Positions 1-9,611 of a stretch of DNA of 64,000 bases are shown here, in pieces. The position numbers and the translations under genes were made by a program. Each line of letters opens with the position of its first letter. Within the stretch, counting starts at the first letter, position 1. Source of the stretch: a virus; IMG/VR virus record IMGVR_UViG_3300050821_006672, positions 1 through 64,000 of that record; one strand, 5' to 3'. The notes below the pieces were generated by a model that was given only the letters and a program-made list of their open reading frames with translations, was not told the origin of the DNA and searched no databases.

Positions 1-1
1 G

Positions 2-148
2 CCTCCGCCGCCTCCGCCTCCGCCCCCGCCGGTTCCCTCGACAGTGACGCCTCCGGTTGTGGCAACGCCTCCGATCACTGCTCCGAATGCATCTCCTCCG
101 AGCACTCCTCCGGCGACCGCTACGACTGCGCTCGGTTCTCGGCGTTAA
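2..148 (+). CDS. 3' end of a proline-rich protein (partial)
   Basis: Frame 2 reads PPPPPPPPPPVPSTVTPP...LGSRR and stops at TAA 146-148; truncated by the window edge. Confidence 0.6.
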   Translation, partial: PPPPPPPPPPVPSTVTPPVVATPPITAPNASPPSTPPATATTALGSRR

Positions 149-167
149 GTGTTACGACCCAGTACTG

Positions 168-203
168 GGGTGGAGCCTTTCTTGGTTCCACCCACTTTCT
201 TTT
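168..203 (+). terminator. Rho-independent terminator-like hairpin
   Basis: GGGTGGAGCC-tttctt-GGTTCCACCC stem followed by ACTTTCTTTT. Confidence 0.6.
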
Positions 204-223
204 GGGAACAGGAGTAAGGACTA

Positions 224-706
224 ATGACAGACTTAGCGCCGTACTATTCGGTTTTCAGGAGTGTGGCAATCTATGGTTCGGGTCTTGCCACAGCGTTTGG
301 ATTTATGACTGCCAGTGAGTCCGGGGATATTGCGGCCGGCGTTGATCACATCATAGCTGGCACGAAAGAAATTGTTGTCGGTGTAGGCATGATTGCGCCG
401 GTCGTTATGACTGCGTGGGGCGCCTGGACTCATACAAAGGCGTCGGTCCTTACCCGAGTTGCAACAATGCCAGGTGCTGACAAGCTAATCGCTTTCCAAG
501 GCATTTCAGACAGCGCTAAGCTTGCGGCCGTTGAGGCTATTCCGCAGGTGCAGAAGATTGTTGTCGATCGGACGGCTACGGATGGCGTGGCTGATGCCGC
601 GCAGGACCCCAGTAGGCCGAAAGTGGTAGTGACAGAGATGCCTTCCACAAGACCACCCACAAGACCATTCGAGCAAGGCCGAGTTTCTGACGGTAGCCGT
701 TTATAA
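224..706 (+). CDS. membrane protein, putative holin
   Basis: Two hydrophobic segments in the N-terminal 70 aa; upstream AGGAG/AAGGA RBS; lysis-module context. Confidence 0.5.
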   Translation: MTDLAPYYSVFRSVAIYGSGLATAFGFMTASESGDIAAGVDHIIAGTKEIVVGVGMIAPVVMTAWGAWTHTKASVLTRVATMPGADKLIAFQGISDSAKLAAVEAIPQVQKIVVDRTATDGVADAAQDPSRPKVVVTEMPSTRPPTRPFEQGRVSDGSRL

Positions 707-733
707 TTTCGACCATCAAAGGCGAGTACAAAA

Positions 734-1480
734 ATGTTGAAGCTTGGTAAGAAGCCAGCGCGAGTAGGGTCCATAAGGTTTGGATTTGCTCAGTTCTTTA
801 ATGCCTCTGACCTGCCTAAACCTCCGCTGGTATTCGGGCGAGTAGGTCTTATTCGCGACTGGGGTATGTTGGGGAATGATAAAGTCTCGGATTGCGTATT
901 CGCTGGAGCCGCACACGAGACGATGCTGTGGCGAGCGTGGGCCGGCGCTCCAGTCCCGACGTTCACCGACCAGAATGTGATTTCTGACTACGCTAAAGTG
1001 ACGGGATACGACGGCTCCGAGGCCAGCGACCAAGGCACTGATATGCAAGCCGCTGCTGCGTACCGGAAGCAGGTTGGCGTGGTAGACGATAGCGGGACGC
1101 GTCACCAGATCGACGCCTACGTTTCACTGCGTCCGGGCAATCTAGATGAACTGGCTCTTGCCACTTACCTATTCGGCGCTGTTGGTCTCGGTTTTGAAAT
1201 GCCTTCCAGTACACAAGACCAGTTTGATAACGCGGAGCCGTGGACGCCGGTAAAGAGTTCGCCCAATGACGGCGGGCATTACGTAATGTGCTGTGGCCGC
1301 AACTCAGCCGGCAATTTTCTTGTAGTAACCTGGGGTAGGTTACAAGCAGTTACTCCCGACTTCATCCTTGACAAGATGGACGAGGGTTGCTGCTATTTAT
1401 CGTTTGAACAGATGCGAGGAAACATCAATCCGCGCGGTTTTGACGAGGCGGGACTACAAAAAGCGTTGGCGGAACTGTGA
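734..1480 (+). CDS. papain-like (peptidase C1-type fold) cysteine hydrolase
   Basis: GNDKVSDCVFAG (Cys), GGHYV (His) and TWG motifs. Confidence 0.55.
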   Translation: MLKLGKKPARVGSIRFGFAQFFNASDLPKPPLVFGRVGLIRDWGMLGNDKVSDCVFAGAAHETMLWRAWAGAPVPTFTDQNVISDYAKVTGYDGSEASDQGTDMQAAAAYRKQVGVVDDSGTRHQIDAYVSLRPGNLDELALATYLFGAVGLGFEMPSSTQDQFDNAEPWTPVKSSPNDGGHYVMCCGRNSAGNFLVVTWGRLQAVTPDFILDKMDEGCCYLSFEQMRGNINPRGFDEAGLQKALAEL

Positions 1481-1650
1481 CCGACGAGTGGCGATGGGGC
1501 GGCAATCCTGCGGACGATCGCTGCTGGCGGGTGACGAGGGTAAGCCATCCGTCGCCAGCTTCGAGAACGGGAATACTCCACAAGGATACGACCGAGCGCT
1601 GTGACTGCGACGCTTACACAAACGAACGCTGCGTGAAAAGGAGTTTAACC

Positions 1651-1842
1651 ATGCCAGTAAAGGGCAAGCAGATCGACCCCGATGAGATACAAGTTGGAAT
1701 CATTGCGGCAAAGGAAGCTGCATCCCATATCACTTATATGGGGATCGATGTAGGATCACGCATTACCGACGATCAGTACCGCAGCATTGTAACAGCAATC
1801 GTTACAGCAGTAGAGAACTACCGTTCTGGCACTAGCATATGA
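1651..1842 (+). CDS. hypothetical protein
   Basis: AAGGAG RBS before ATG 1651 (MPVKGKQ...). Confidence 0.55.
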   Translation: MPVKGKQIDPDEIQVGIIAAKEAASHITYMGIDVGSRITDDQYRSIVTAIVTAVENYRSGTSI

Positions 1843-1970
1843 GAGCCCTGCTTCTCGTTGTGCTAGTCGCCTTAGCGTTGGGCACCTCAGCGGTAGCCGA
1901 GCGTATCGCTTACGAGCTGGGATGTCAGATGGGAGCTGATTGGCGCTGTCTAGGGGTTGTGCGTAGATGA
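1839..1970 (+). CDS. small secreted or membrane protein (43 aa, absent from ORF track)
   Basis: MRALLLVVLVALALGTSAVAE...; ATGA overlaps with both neighbours. Confidence 0.55.
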   Translation: MRALLLVVLVALALGTSAVAERIAYELGCQMGADWRCLGVVRR

Positions 1971-2302
1971 GTAGCATTGGTGGGTTCTTCGATGTCCTGC
2001 TACACAATCGCGCAGACTTAGAAGATGTAATCCAAAGACTTGGTGGGCTCGACGCTACCGTAAGATTTGCGGCTGGTGCCGGGCCGGACCTGATCCGCAT
2101 CCTGCAAACATTTGCAAAGCATCAGGACCCAGTAGCGGCCGTTGCAACGGCGCAAAGCGTTCTCACTTACAATCAAGAAACCGAAGACCGTGTTAAAGCC
2201 TTCCAAGCTACGCATGGGTTAGTAATGGATGGCATCGTCGGAGATAAAACTTGGAGCAAAGTAGAAGAGTTGATACAACCTACGAAAGGAATGGAGATAT
2301 GA
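1967..2302 (+). CDS. stand-alone peptidoglycan-binding domain protein (PG_binding_1)
   Basis: C-terminal RVKAFQATHGLVMDGIVGDKTW. Confidence 0.75.
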   Translation: MSSIGGFFDVLLHNRADLEDVIQRLGGLDATVRFAAGAGPDLIRILQTFAKHQDPVAAVATAQSVLTYNQETEDRVKAFQATHGLVMDGIVGDKTWSKVEELIQPTKGMEI

Positions 2303-2661
2303 AGAAGATCGCTATGCTTACTCTCGCAGCGACCCTCAGCCTAGGCAGTTGCGCTGGCACTACCAGCATCACGCCAGCCACTATCCAATCAGCAGTTACT
2401 CAAGTACAGCAGGCTACTGTGGCAATTTGTGGCGTATTGCCCTTCGCTAACGTTGCGCTAGCTACTCTATCTACCGTTGTGCCTGGTGCGGCTTCTATCG
2501 ACGCGGCGATCGCGGCCACCGCAAATCAATTGTGCATGACTGCAGTTTCGCGCGCTCCTTCGCTTGGCGTTTCTGCAAGAACGACACTTCGTGCGTCTGC
2601 TCCGATTGGGAAGATTGTCGATACTGCAAGATGGAACCAGTACTTGAAAAGCTCGCGTTAG
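2299..2661 (+). CDS. lipoprotein, possible spanin
   Basis: MKKIAMLTLAATLSLGSC: signal peptide with lipobox; GGAG RBS. Confidence 0.65.
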   Translation: MKKIAMLTLAATLSLGSCAGTTSITPATIQSAVTQVQQATVAICGVLPFANVALATLSTVVPGAASIDAAIAATANQLCMTAVSRAPSLGVSARTTLRASAPIGKIVDTARWNQYLKSSR

Positions 2662-2683
2662 AGGCCCTTGGGCGGTTTGTGTG

Positions 2684-3172
2684 CTAAGTCACGCTGGGGA
2701 CGGGAGGCGCCGCGGCAGGTTCCTTGGCGAGGGCGCGGAGCCGATTACATACGTCGAGGGCACCATAAGCGCGACCGCGCGCCAATTCATCTCCTGGTGC
2801 CCCTTCTTGCCATGCCACGGCGACGGCTTCACCAATTGCGATGCACCGCTCGATCGTCGCGGCTTCGATGGCGTCGCGCTCTGCCAGCACCTCGTAAATC
2901 GTCCTCATCGCGCTGGTGTTCTCCAACTCCCGCACGCGGGCTTCGGCAGCCTCGGCCCGATGTAGCCGATCCCCCGATAGTCGCTCTGCATTGAAAAGCA
3001 TGCGTTTCGTTTGCTCGATCTCCTGCGCCTGCGCGGCGACTCTCGCCTCTGCAGCTTCTGCGCGTGCGCCCAATTGGTCGATCAGTTCGTGCGGATCATC
3101 CTGAGATTCGCTACTGAGCGCATCAACTGCTCGCTGGACCAAGTCCGAGATCGGTTCTGCGGTGTCGGTCAT
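2684..3172 (-). CDS. hypothetical coiled-coil protein
   Basis: RAEAAEARV repeats typical of small phage accessory proteins. Confidence 0.6.
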   Translation of the reverse strand: MTDTAEPISDLVQRAVDALSSESQDDPHELIDQLGARAEAAEARVAAQAQEIEQTKRMLFNAERLSGDRLHRAEAAEARVRELENTSAMRTIYEVLAERDAIEAATIERCIAIGEAVAVAWQEGAPGDELARGRAYGALDVCNRLRALAKEPAAAPPVPSVT

Positions 3173-3418
3173 TTGGCGTTCTCACCATAGCCGTCCGATA
3201 CCCACACCCAGGCATAGGTGCTCCAAGGCCACGCATACCAGCGGGGTCTTCGATGCGTCGGTCATGTTGGCGGTTCCTCGTTGGGCCTTCTCTTGTGCGC
3301 CGCGCGTCATTGGGGGGCCCTGTACTGGTTTCTCGTCCATAAGCTTCGCGTCCTCTGTGAGCCTCACCACCTCGCACGTCGCTTAGGGGGTGTACCGGCA
3401 TCCTTAAGGGGAGTAGCG

Positions 3419-3613
3419 CTATAAACCCCGTCCTGGGTTTTGTAGCGTTACTACTCCACCGGGGGATTTTACCCGTCTGCTTCGAATGTATTCTTCCAAC
3501 GTTATAACCGGACCAGCATAATATTGCATGAACTTATTGTACTCGTCGCGATAGCGAGCAAGATCGCCCTGCGTTATGTGAATAGTCGGCTCTTCGATGA
3601 TTTTGATACTCAT
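3419..3613 (-). CDS. hypothetical protein
   Basis: ORF coupled to upstream gene. Confidence 0.5.
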   Translation of the reverse strand: MSIKIIEEPTIHITQGDLARYRDEYNKFMQYYAGPVITLEEYIRSRRVKSPGGVVTLQNPGRGL

Positions 3614-3861
3614 GATTCCTTCTCCATCGTAACTTTGATTACGTCGCCGATTTCCAGCCCTTCCGGCTTCTCCTTCCCCACATACAGCGCTTCGTAGCTG
3701 CCTTCCAGCGCAAGGAACCAGCCTAGCTGTTCTGTGCGTAGTTCCACGTTGTCCGCGGTCGCCGACTTGTTGCGATCGAGGATGCGTCCTGAGGCTATTC
3801 GCTCGCGCGGCTCTAGTTTGACGACGCGGGTGTGAAAGACTATTGGGGGCATAATGTGCAC
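3610..3861 (-). CDS. hypothetical protein
   Basis: ORF in operon orientation. Confidence 0.5.
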   Translation of the reverse strand: MHIMPPIVFHTRVVKLEPRERIASGRILDRNKSATADNVELRTEQLGWFLALEGSYEALYVGKEKPEGLEIGDVIKVTMEKES

Positions 3862-4022
3862 CGCGGATAGCCGAAGCCGTCGTCTTCTTTATGTATGCAG
3901 GTTTGGCGATAGCTCATATCCATTGCGCCGCATTGTGGGCAGGGATCAAGATCGTCGAAGCACTGGCTCAAGGAGCGCTGTACTAATTCTAGCTTCCTCG
4001 ATTACGTCTTCCCATCTATCTG

Positions 4023-4340
4023 TCATTTTTTGCTCACTCTGTACTTTCCATAACTGTCGTGTATCAACACGCCTCTTCGTGTTAGGTACCCCACTGCATT
4101 ATATATCGCTTTTGTTGGGGCATCTGGGTAGCTTTTCAGTAATTCTTCTATAGTAAGTTCCTCTCGTCCACTGAGGAAGCGAATTACAGAGTGCGCCGCA
4201 GTACCGAAGCGCTTGCCTGCAACGAATGGTGGCAAGGAATCACTCAACTCGCCGACAAGTTGATATCGGGATGTCATTGACAAAGTACGAACTAGGGTTC
4301 GTATCAAAATCATAGTTTCCCGATCTTGCTGCTGGTCCAC
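4023..4340 (-). CDS. winged-helix-like hypothetical protein
   Basis: C-terminal AIYNAVGYLTRRGVLIHDSYGKYRV. Confidence 0.5.
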   Translation of the reverse strand: MDQQQDRETMILIRTLVRTLSMTSRYQLVGELSDSLPPFVAGKRFGTAAHSVIRFLSGREELTIEELLKSYPDAPTKAIYNAVGYLTRRGVLIHDSYGKYRVSKK

Positions 4341-4342
4341 GC

Positions 4343-4693
4343 TTACTTTCTCACCTCCGTAGGCTTGAGTCCCTTTCTCAAGGGGACTCCCGCTTGTTGG
4401 CAGATAACCCAGACTGTTTTGCGATCAACGCCATGGTCGTCGCAAATATCTTTGATTTTTCTACCGCTCCTATATTCAATCTCGACTGCCTTCCTTGTTT
4501 CTGGCGAGTTCCCCGGCCGTCTCTTTTTGCATCCCATATGTCTTGCAATTCTTGAGATACCTCCAATGCTCATCTCATACTTTGCGGCGATCGCATTGGT
4601 TGGCAGTCCTGCGTTGTAGTCTCGCAGGATAGCGACGTTTCTTGTCCATCTGCGCTCATAGTCGCGCTGGATCGAAAGATAGCTACTTTTCAT
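4343..4693 (-). CDS. tandem helix-turn-helix protein
   Basis: Two repeats: DYNAGLPTNAIAAKYEMS and EYRSGRKIKDICDDHGVDRKTV. Confidence 0.65.
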   Translation of the reverse strand: MKSSYLSIQRDYERRWTRNVAILRDYNAGLPTNAIAAKYEMSIGGISRIARHMGCKKRRPGNSPETRKAVEIEYRSGRKIKDICDDHGVDRKTVWVICQQAGVPLRKGLKPTEVRK

Positions 4694-6527
4694 CGTACTT
4701 AATCATACTCTCTTGTTTCTTATTTTTAACGACAGTCGTTACGGACGAAAAGTCTGAGGACTGGACGGCCATATGATCGACCAAAAATACAATCTTGTTG
4801 TTAGCCCTTGCTCGCTCGGCAAGGAAGGGAAGAAGATCGCGTACGCCTTCCTGGGAGAGATGTGACGTCGGTTCGTCGAGTATTTCTAGGTTGGTCGTTA
4901 CCCCCGCATGATTTAGCAGCACGTCGGATAGGGCTAAAGCCCCAACAAGGCGTAGACGTTGGCCCTCCCCTCCCGACCAGCATTTCCATCGCACGGGCTT
5001 GTCATTGCTCGGTGATAGGATAGTAACGTGCAGTCCGGATTGCAAAGTGCCGGCCTGGGTTTCCTTCTCGATCGAAAATTTGATCTGCCAATCCTCTAGG
5101 CCGATATCGGCCAGCATCGCATTGCTTACGAACTCCAACTCTTGTAGAACCTCGGTAATGACGTACAGTTGCACATCTTTGAAGCCTTTGATCCAAAACC
5201 GCGTCCGTTCGATTTTACGCCTTAGCGTCTTTTGTTCTTCTTGCATTTCTTCTCGCTCTTTGAACGCCTTGCCCCGCTGCCGAACGAAATCGCGAACCTG
5301 TTCCAGGTAGGTATTTCGGCCGCTGGAAAGTTCTGTGATAAGGTTCTTGATCGTAGCAATCTTGATTTTGAGGTCGTTGCAGTCGCGTCCGTAAAGGCTG
5401 ACTTGGGAAAGGGCTTCCTCGTGCTTTGACTTGAAATCTTCGTAAGCTGCCTGCGCTATCTTGAGTTTTTCTACGTCTTTGGCTGGGTCGATTCCGGCCA
5501 TTTTTGTTTTAAGCTCGGAGACTTGCCGGCGCTTGCCTAGGAAGTCCTTCTTGATCTCAGCGACGTGCTCTTTCAGATTGATGGGCTTGATGTTTTGTCC
5601 GCAAGTCGGGCATGTTTTGCTCTCTGCGATAAAGTGGCGCTCTTTGTCAAGTCTCTTAATTTCAGTAGCTAGGTATCTAATCTCAATAGTGCAGTTGCTG
5701 CGCTCGCTATTGGCTTTGTTGATCGCACTCTTTAGGTAATCAATCTCTTTTACGAGCGCTTTGATCTCAGTCGCTTTACCTTCCTCACTTAGCGTAGCAG
5801 TGTCGAGTAGTTTTTGCTTTGTCTTGAACTGCTTTTCTAAGGTGGCTAGCTCAGCTTCTTGCTCTTCCAAACGCTCCTTACGAGCCGCAGCCCATTCGTC
5901 AGCCTTCTTATTGGCTGTGGTAATCGTAAGTTCCAGGTGATCCAAAAGCCCATCGAGTGCGGATACCTCGCCAGACTTGTGATCGTATTCGCTTTGTAGT
6001 TCGTTTGTACGCTCGGAAGCGATCTTGGATCGAGCGGCCCAACGCTCCGAATTGAGCGCAGCGGCGAGGATACGCATTGCGTCGCTTGGGGCAAGATCGA
6101 AGAAGAGTGGCTGTCCTTGCCCGAGTAGGATTGTGTGGGAAAACAACTCGAAGCTGACGCCAATTAATTTTTCGATATCTTCAGGACCGGTGACCTTATC
6201 GTTGATGAGAAGCCTGTTGGGACTTATGGTACGCGTAATTTCATCTTTGTTTAGCTTGAGGGTGACTTGAGTTTTGCCAGAATGAACCCAGGGGCTAACG
6301 TCGGTGTTGCGCCGGCCGTCTATCGTCTTGCCAAAAAGACACCAGGACATCGCGTTGAACAGAGTTGACTTGCCGCTGCCGTTTGCGCCTAACTGCGGCT
6401 CATACTCATTTCGGCCTTGAAGGAAATGGAGGCCTGGTCCGTACTGATAAAAAACAAAGTGCTGTTTGACAAAGCTGCCAAAGTAGGAAATCTCTAGGGA
6501 ATTGAAATGTAGGTTCAAAAAATACAC
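4683..6527 (-). CDS. Rad50/SbcC-like (gp46-type) SMC ATPase
   Basis: Walker A GANGSGKS, zinc hook CPTC, signature SGGEGQR, Walker B ILDEPT, H-loop; GTG start at 6527 preferred. Confidence 0.9.
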   Translation of the reverse strand: MYFLNLHFNSLEISYFGSFVKQHFVFYQYGPGLHFLQGRNEYEPQLGANGSGKSTLFNAMSWCLFGKTIDGRRNTDVSPWVHSGKTQVTLKLNKDEITRTISPNRLLINDKVTGPEDIEKLIGVSFELFSHTILLGQGQPLFFDLAPSDAMRILAAALNSERWAARSKIASERTNELQSEYDHKSGEVSALDGLLDHLELTITTANKKADEWAAARKERLEEQEAELATLEKQFKTKQKLLDTATLSEEGKATEIKALVKEIDYLKSAINKANSERSNCTIEIRYLATEIKRLDKERHFIAESKTCPTCGQNIKPINLKEHVAEIKKDFLGKRRQVSELKTKMAGIDPAKDVEKLKIAQAAYEDFKSKHEEALSQVSLYGRDCNDLKIKIATIKNLITELSSGRNTYLEQVRDFVRQRGKAFKEREEMQEEQKTLRRKIERTRFWIKGFKDVQLYVITEVLQELEFVSNAMLADIGLEDWQIKFSIEKETQAGTLQSGLHVTILSPSNDKPVRWKCWSGGEGQRLRLVGALALSDVLLNHAGVTTNLEILDEPTSHLSQEGVRDLLPFLAERARANNKIVFLVDHMAVQSSDFSSVTTVVKNKKQESMIKYDEK

Positions 6528-6529
6528 CC

Positions 6530-6817
6530 CTAGTCCTTTACAAAGGCAATGACTGCCTTTGCATATTCCGACCATTGGGCGATGTTACGTAGAGCTGTAA
6601 TTAGTGCCGCCTTCTCGACTTCGAGCTCTACTATGTAACTTTGCGCAGCGCCGACTGCCGATTCTGTTTGCTTCCATCGCTCTGGCACTGACGACCGCAG
6701 TATCCTACTATCCTCCTTAATATCGGCGCGGAGGCGGTCGCGCTCGGCTAGCAGTGCTGTATATTGAGGACATGGGGCGGCACCGTCTGGCATCATGCAT
6801 CCAGGATGATCGTTCAT
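6530..6817 (-). CDS. hypothetical protein
   Basis: Coupled ORF between the nuclease subunit genes. Confidence 0.55.
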   Translation of the reverse strand: MNDHPGCMMPDGAAPCPQYTALLAERDRLRADIKEDSRILRSSVPERWKQTESAVGAAQSYIVELEVEKAALITALRNIAQWSEYAKAVIAFVKD

Positions 6818-7851
6818 ATTTCCTCCAACAGAGACAATCCCGTTTTCAGCACAGGCTCGTCTACCTTGCGCAGTCTTCCGTAGTCCTTGAGTGCTTGAGA
6901 ATCAGAACGTGCGGCGCTTACTGCCTGCTTCGAAGCCATACTCGATTTGGCTTTTAGTAAGGGCTGGACGATGTGCGGAACCAATCCCTGCTTTGTGCAC
7001 CACTCCCTGATCGCTTCCCGCGTCTCGGGCCAGCGCTCGATACTGTCTACTGCAATTCTTATTTTGAGAATGTCGCCGCTCGTCGCAACTTTTTCGCACT
7101 CGCGCTTCGCCCCTTCAAGGGATATTGCCTCAATAAGGCGTTTCTGAGGACCGTCGCAAGGAATTGCTTTGAATGAATGCGCGTTGGACCAACCACGTTC
7201 TGTGTCTAAAAGCAAGACGCGAGGAAAGTAATTGTCTCCAAAGTCTACTGTGTAGGGAGCCCCTACATATGTAACCCGTCCGAACGTCTGAGGAACATGT
7301 ATATCCCCAGAGATTATCTGAGCCTTCCCTGGCAGCAATTCATCTGGGTCGATCCCTTCCAGCTTGCGTGGACCGATGCTAGCGCCATTGAAGGTCTGGT
7401 GGGCGAAGATCAGTTCTGCTCCCTTTGTATCTATCCCGGCCCACTCTTTTTTGGGGTTGTTCGTGTGGGGTAACCAAAGGGAAGGCCTTGTAAAAACGCC
7501 AGAGCCGCTCGTAGACACGTTTTTTTCGGTTGTAGGCTGGTTGATATAGCGAATTCCTCCTACACGTCGTAGCAACATGAAGAATGGATGCGCTTCACTA
7601 ACATAGTCGTGGTTGCCGCGCAGAACAATAACGTGTTCGCAAATTCCAGCGAGTTTATAGAAGTGGTCTACAATCTGATTTACCAACCATGACGAATGTC
7701 TGTCCTTGGCATCCGTTATATCACCAAGTATTATGGCAGTATCTACTTTGTGCTTGCGACATAGGTCACGGAAAGTGCGCAGGAAGAGGTGTCTGTAGTG
7801 ATCTCTTACTTGGTCGTTCAAGTGAAGGTCGGCGGTCACAAGAGCGCGCAT
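6814..7851 (-). CDS. Mre11/SbcD-like (gp47-type) metallophosphoesterase nuclease
   Basis: ADLH, LGD, GNHD, AHQ and SGDIH motifs; next to the Rad50-like gene. Confidence 0.9.
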   Translation of the reverse strand: MRALVTADLHLNDQVRDHYRHLFLRTFRDLCRKHKVDTAIILGDITDAKDRHSSWLVNQIVDHFYKLAGICEHVIVLRGNHDYVSEAHPFFMLLRRVGGIRYINQPTTEKNVSTSGSGVFTRPSLWLPHTNNPKKEWAGIDTKGAELIFAHQTFNGASIGPRKLEGIDPDELLPGKAQIISGDIHVPQTFGRVTYVGAPYTVDFGDNYFPRVLLLDTERGWSNAHSFKAIPCDGPQKRLIEAISLEGAKRECEKVATSGDILKIRIAVDSIERWPETREAIREWCTKQGLVPHIVQPLLKAKSSMASKQAVSAARSDSQALKDYGRLRKVDEPVLKTGLSLLEEI

Positions 7852-7871
7852 GTTTCTGCCGACCTCTTGCT

Positions 7872-9113
7872 TTACTTCTTGCCCATTCCAGAAAGCCAGT
7901 CAGTCAAGGCTGATGGTAGCCACCACAAAGATACCTGACTGGGAAGTTTGCCGTCCCAACGGTTAGCGGTAGTGCGCGTCGCTTCGGCTGTTGCCAGGGC
8001 CTGCACGGTCGGAGCAGACGCCTCTAACTGCTCTGCAATCTCTTTCTCACGGTCGGCGATGTACCGCCGATTGATTGCATCTTGAACCCGAGTGTCGAAC
8101 GAGAAAGTATCGGCCCAACCTATGTAGTCGAGAGTGATACCCCGCGAGGCAAGATATGTCGCGACCGTTCCTTGTATAGCCAACATGATCGTTGTGGCGT
8201 CTGAATTGACCCTATCCAAGGGTCGCGCAGCAATTTCGTTGCATACCAGTGCTTGCACCTTTCCCCGACCGACGCCATCCATAACCTGAGCTAACGATCT
8301 TCCAGAGAAGACCGAGGTAAATATTACCTCAGGCTTGCTGCGGTCGCCTTGCGGAGGATTGACCCCAAACCAGTAGAGAAACTTAGCTGCATCCTGTTCC
8401 GTCACAAATGCACTGATGCTTATTCCAACAGTTACGTCCAGCCCCTCAGCACTTTGGCAGGGAAAGGATTCATCCTTAGCCGACGTGCCCCGATGTATTG
8501 AGGCAACCCACTCCCGATTGTAGGGGGTGCGGTCGACGATGATTAGGCGGCCTGTCGGCACAAAGTAGTCAGCCCAGAATGCTGATCCTGCTAGCTTGGC
8601 GTGCGGTATCTGAAAGCGCTTGGCCGGTATCTTGTTTGCGTTGAGGTAATCGACCGAGCCGAAGGACGATTGATTGTCTTTATTGGCACCGGCATCCGGT
8701 ACAAAGAAAGCCGACTCATTGGGTAGGACAAAGTAGACCTCGGCGTAATCCGTCTTGTCGTAGTAGGCTTGGGGTCGGTCTGCACCAAACAGGCATAATA
8801 GAAGTAGAATCGCCAAGTTGGTTTTGGCTAACTCAACTAGTGCCTTAAGAGGTCGCCACCAAATTGCTATCAGAACTAGAACGAAGAAAATTGTCGTTAC
8901 TGCTCCCAATCCGCGAAACATTGACGTAATCAAGGATGGGATCACAAAGCCTTCGTTAGTGTTGTCGAATTGCTGTCCTGCGATTTGCCCTGTAATGAGA
9001 GTTGCTGGAACGTTGATAATGAAGCTGGCTGCGCTCCACATTAAGAATGCAACCGCCGTTAGAAAACCTCTCCAAACATAGCTTGCCATTTTTACCCTCC
9101 TGCTTTTGCTCAA
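7872..9113 (-). CDS. membrane protein with SPFH/band-7-like domain
   Basis: N-terminal TM helices; SAEGLDVTVGISI...RGITLDYIG...VQDAINRR...RWDGKLP. Confidence 0.65.
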   Translation of the reverse strand: MSKSRRVKMASYVWRGFLTAVAFLMWSAASFIINVPATLITGQIAGQQFDNTNEGFVIPSLITSMFRGLGAVTTIFFVLVLIAIWWRPLKALVELAKTNLAILLLLCLFGADRPQAYYDKTDYAEVYFVLPNESAFFVPDAGANKDNQSSFGSVDYLNANKIPAKRFQIPHAKLAGSAFWADYFVPTGRLIIVDRTPYNREWVASIHRGTSAKDESFPCQSAEGLDVTVGISISAFVTEQDAAKFLYWFGVNPPQGDRSKPEVIFTSVFSGRSLAQVMDGVGRGKVQALVCNEIAARPLDRVNSDATTIMLAIQGTVATYLASRGITLDYIGWADTFSFDTRVQDAINRRYIADREKEIAEQLEASAPTVQALATAEATRTTANRWDGKLPSQVSLWWLPSALTDWLSGMGKK

Positions 9114-9610
9114 TAAGGGAACTTCGTCTTCAGCACGTCTTCCAAGTACCGAACCTCTACAGAAGATGTCGTAACGCGGGGAGGTTCTAGACAGAACATA
9201 CGTAGCCCCCTATGTCGGCAGATTACCAAGGGCTTGCGATGGTTCTCCTGCGCTATCAACAGTGGTTGTCGCATATGATCTCGTGCCTGCTTACACGCCA
9301 CCTTCCAGAACTTGGTTAGTATCCCCTTGTCGCCGTCTAGAAGGAATGAAGCAATATCGAGCTTTTTGACATGCTTGTTCTCAATAAAGAATTTATTGGT
9401 GAGTACGTGACCTTCGGGAGCTACCGAGCAGACATCGCCTGCTTGACGGACATCACGTCCGGCACGTTTATGAATGGTGGCTCGACCTCCGCTCATGGCC
9501 GCTCGCCAAAACAAGTCTTGTTTGGTTCCTCCTGAAACCCACAACGAGAGTAAGACGCAGAGCTTACGTTCTGCGGCTGCGCCTTTACTTTTGCCACCGC
9601 CTCTGCGCAT
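9110..9610 (-). CDS. Holliday junction resolvase (Hjc-like PD-(D/E)xK)
   Basis: SKGAAAERKL...GD...FIENK. Confidence 0.75.
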   Translation of the reverse strand: MRRGGGKSKGAAAERKLCVLLSLWVSGGTKQDLFWRAAMSGGRATIHKRAGRDVRQAGDVCSVAPEGHVLTNKFFIENKHVKKLDIASFLLDGDKGILTKFWKVACKQARDHMRQPLLIAQENHRKPLVICRHRGLRMFCLEPPRVTTSSVEVRYLEDVLKTKFPY

Positions 9611-9611
9611 T

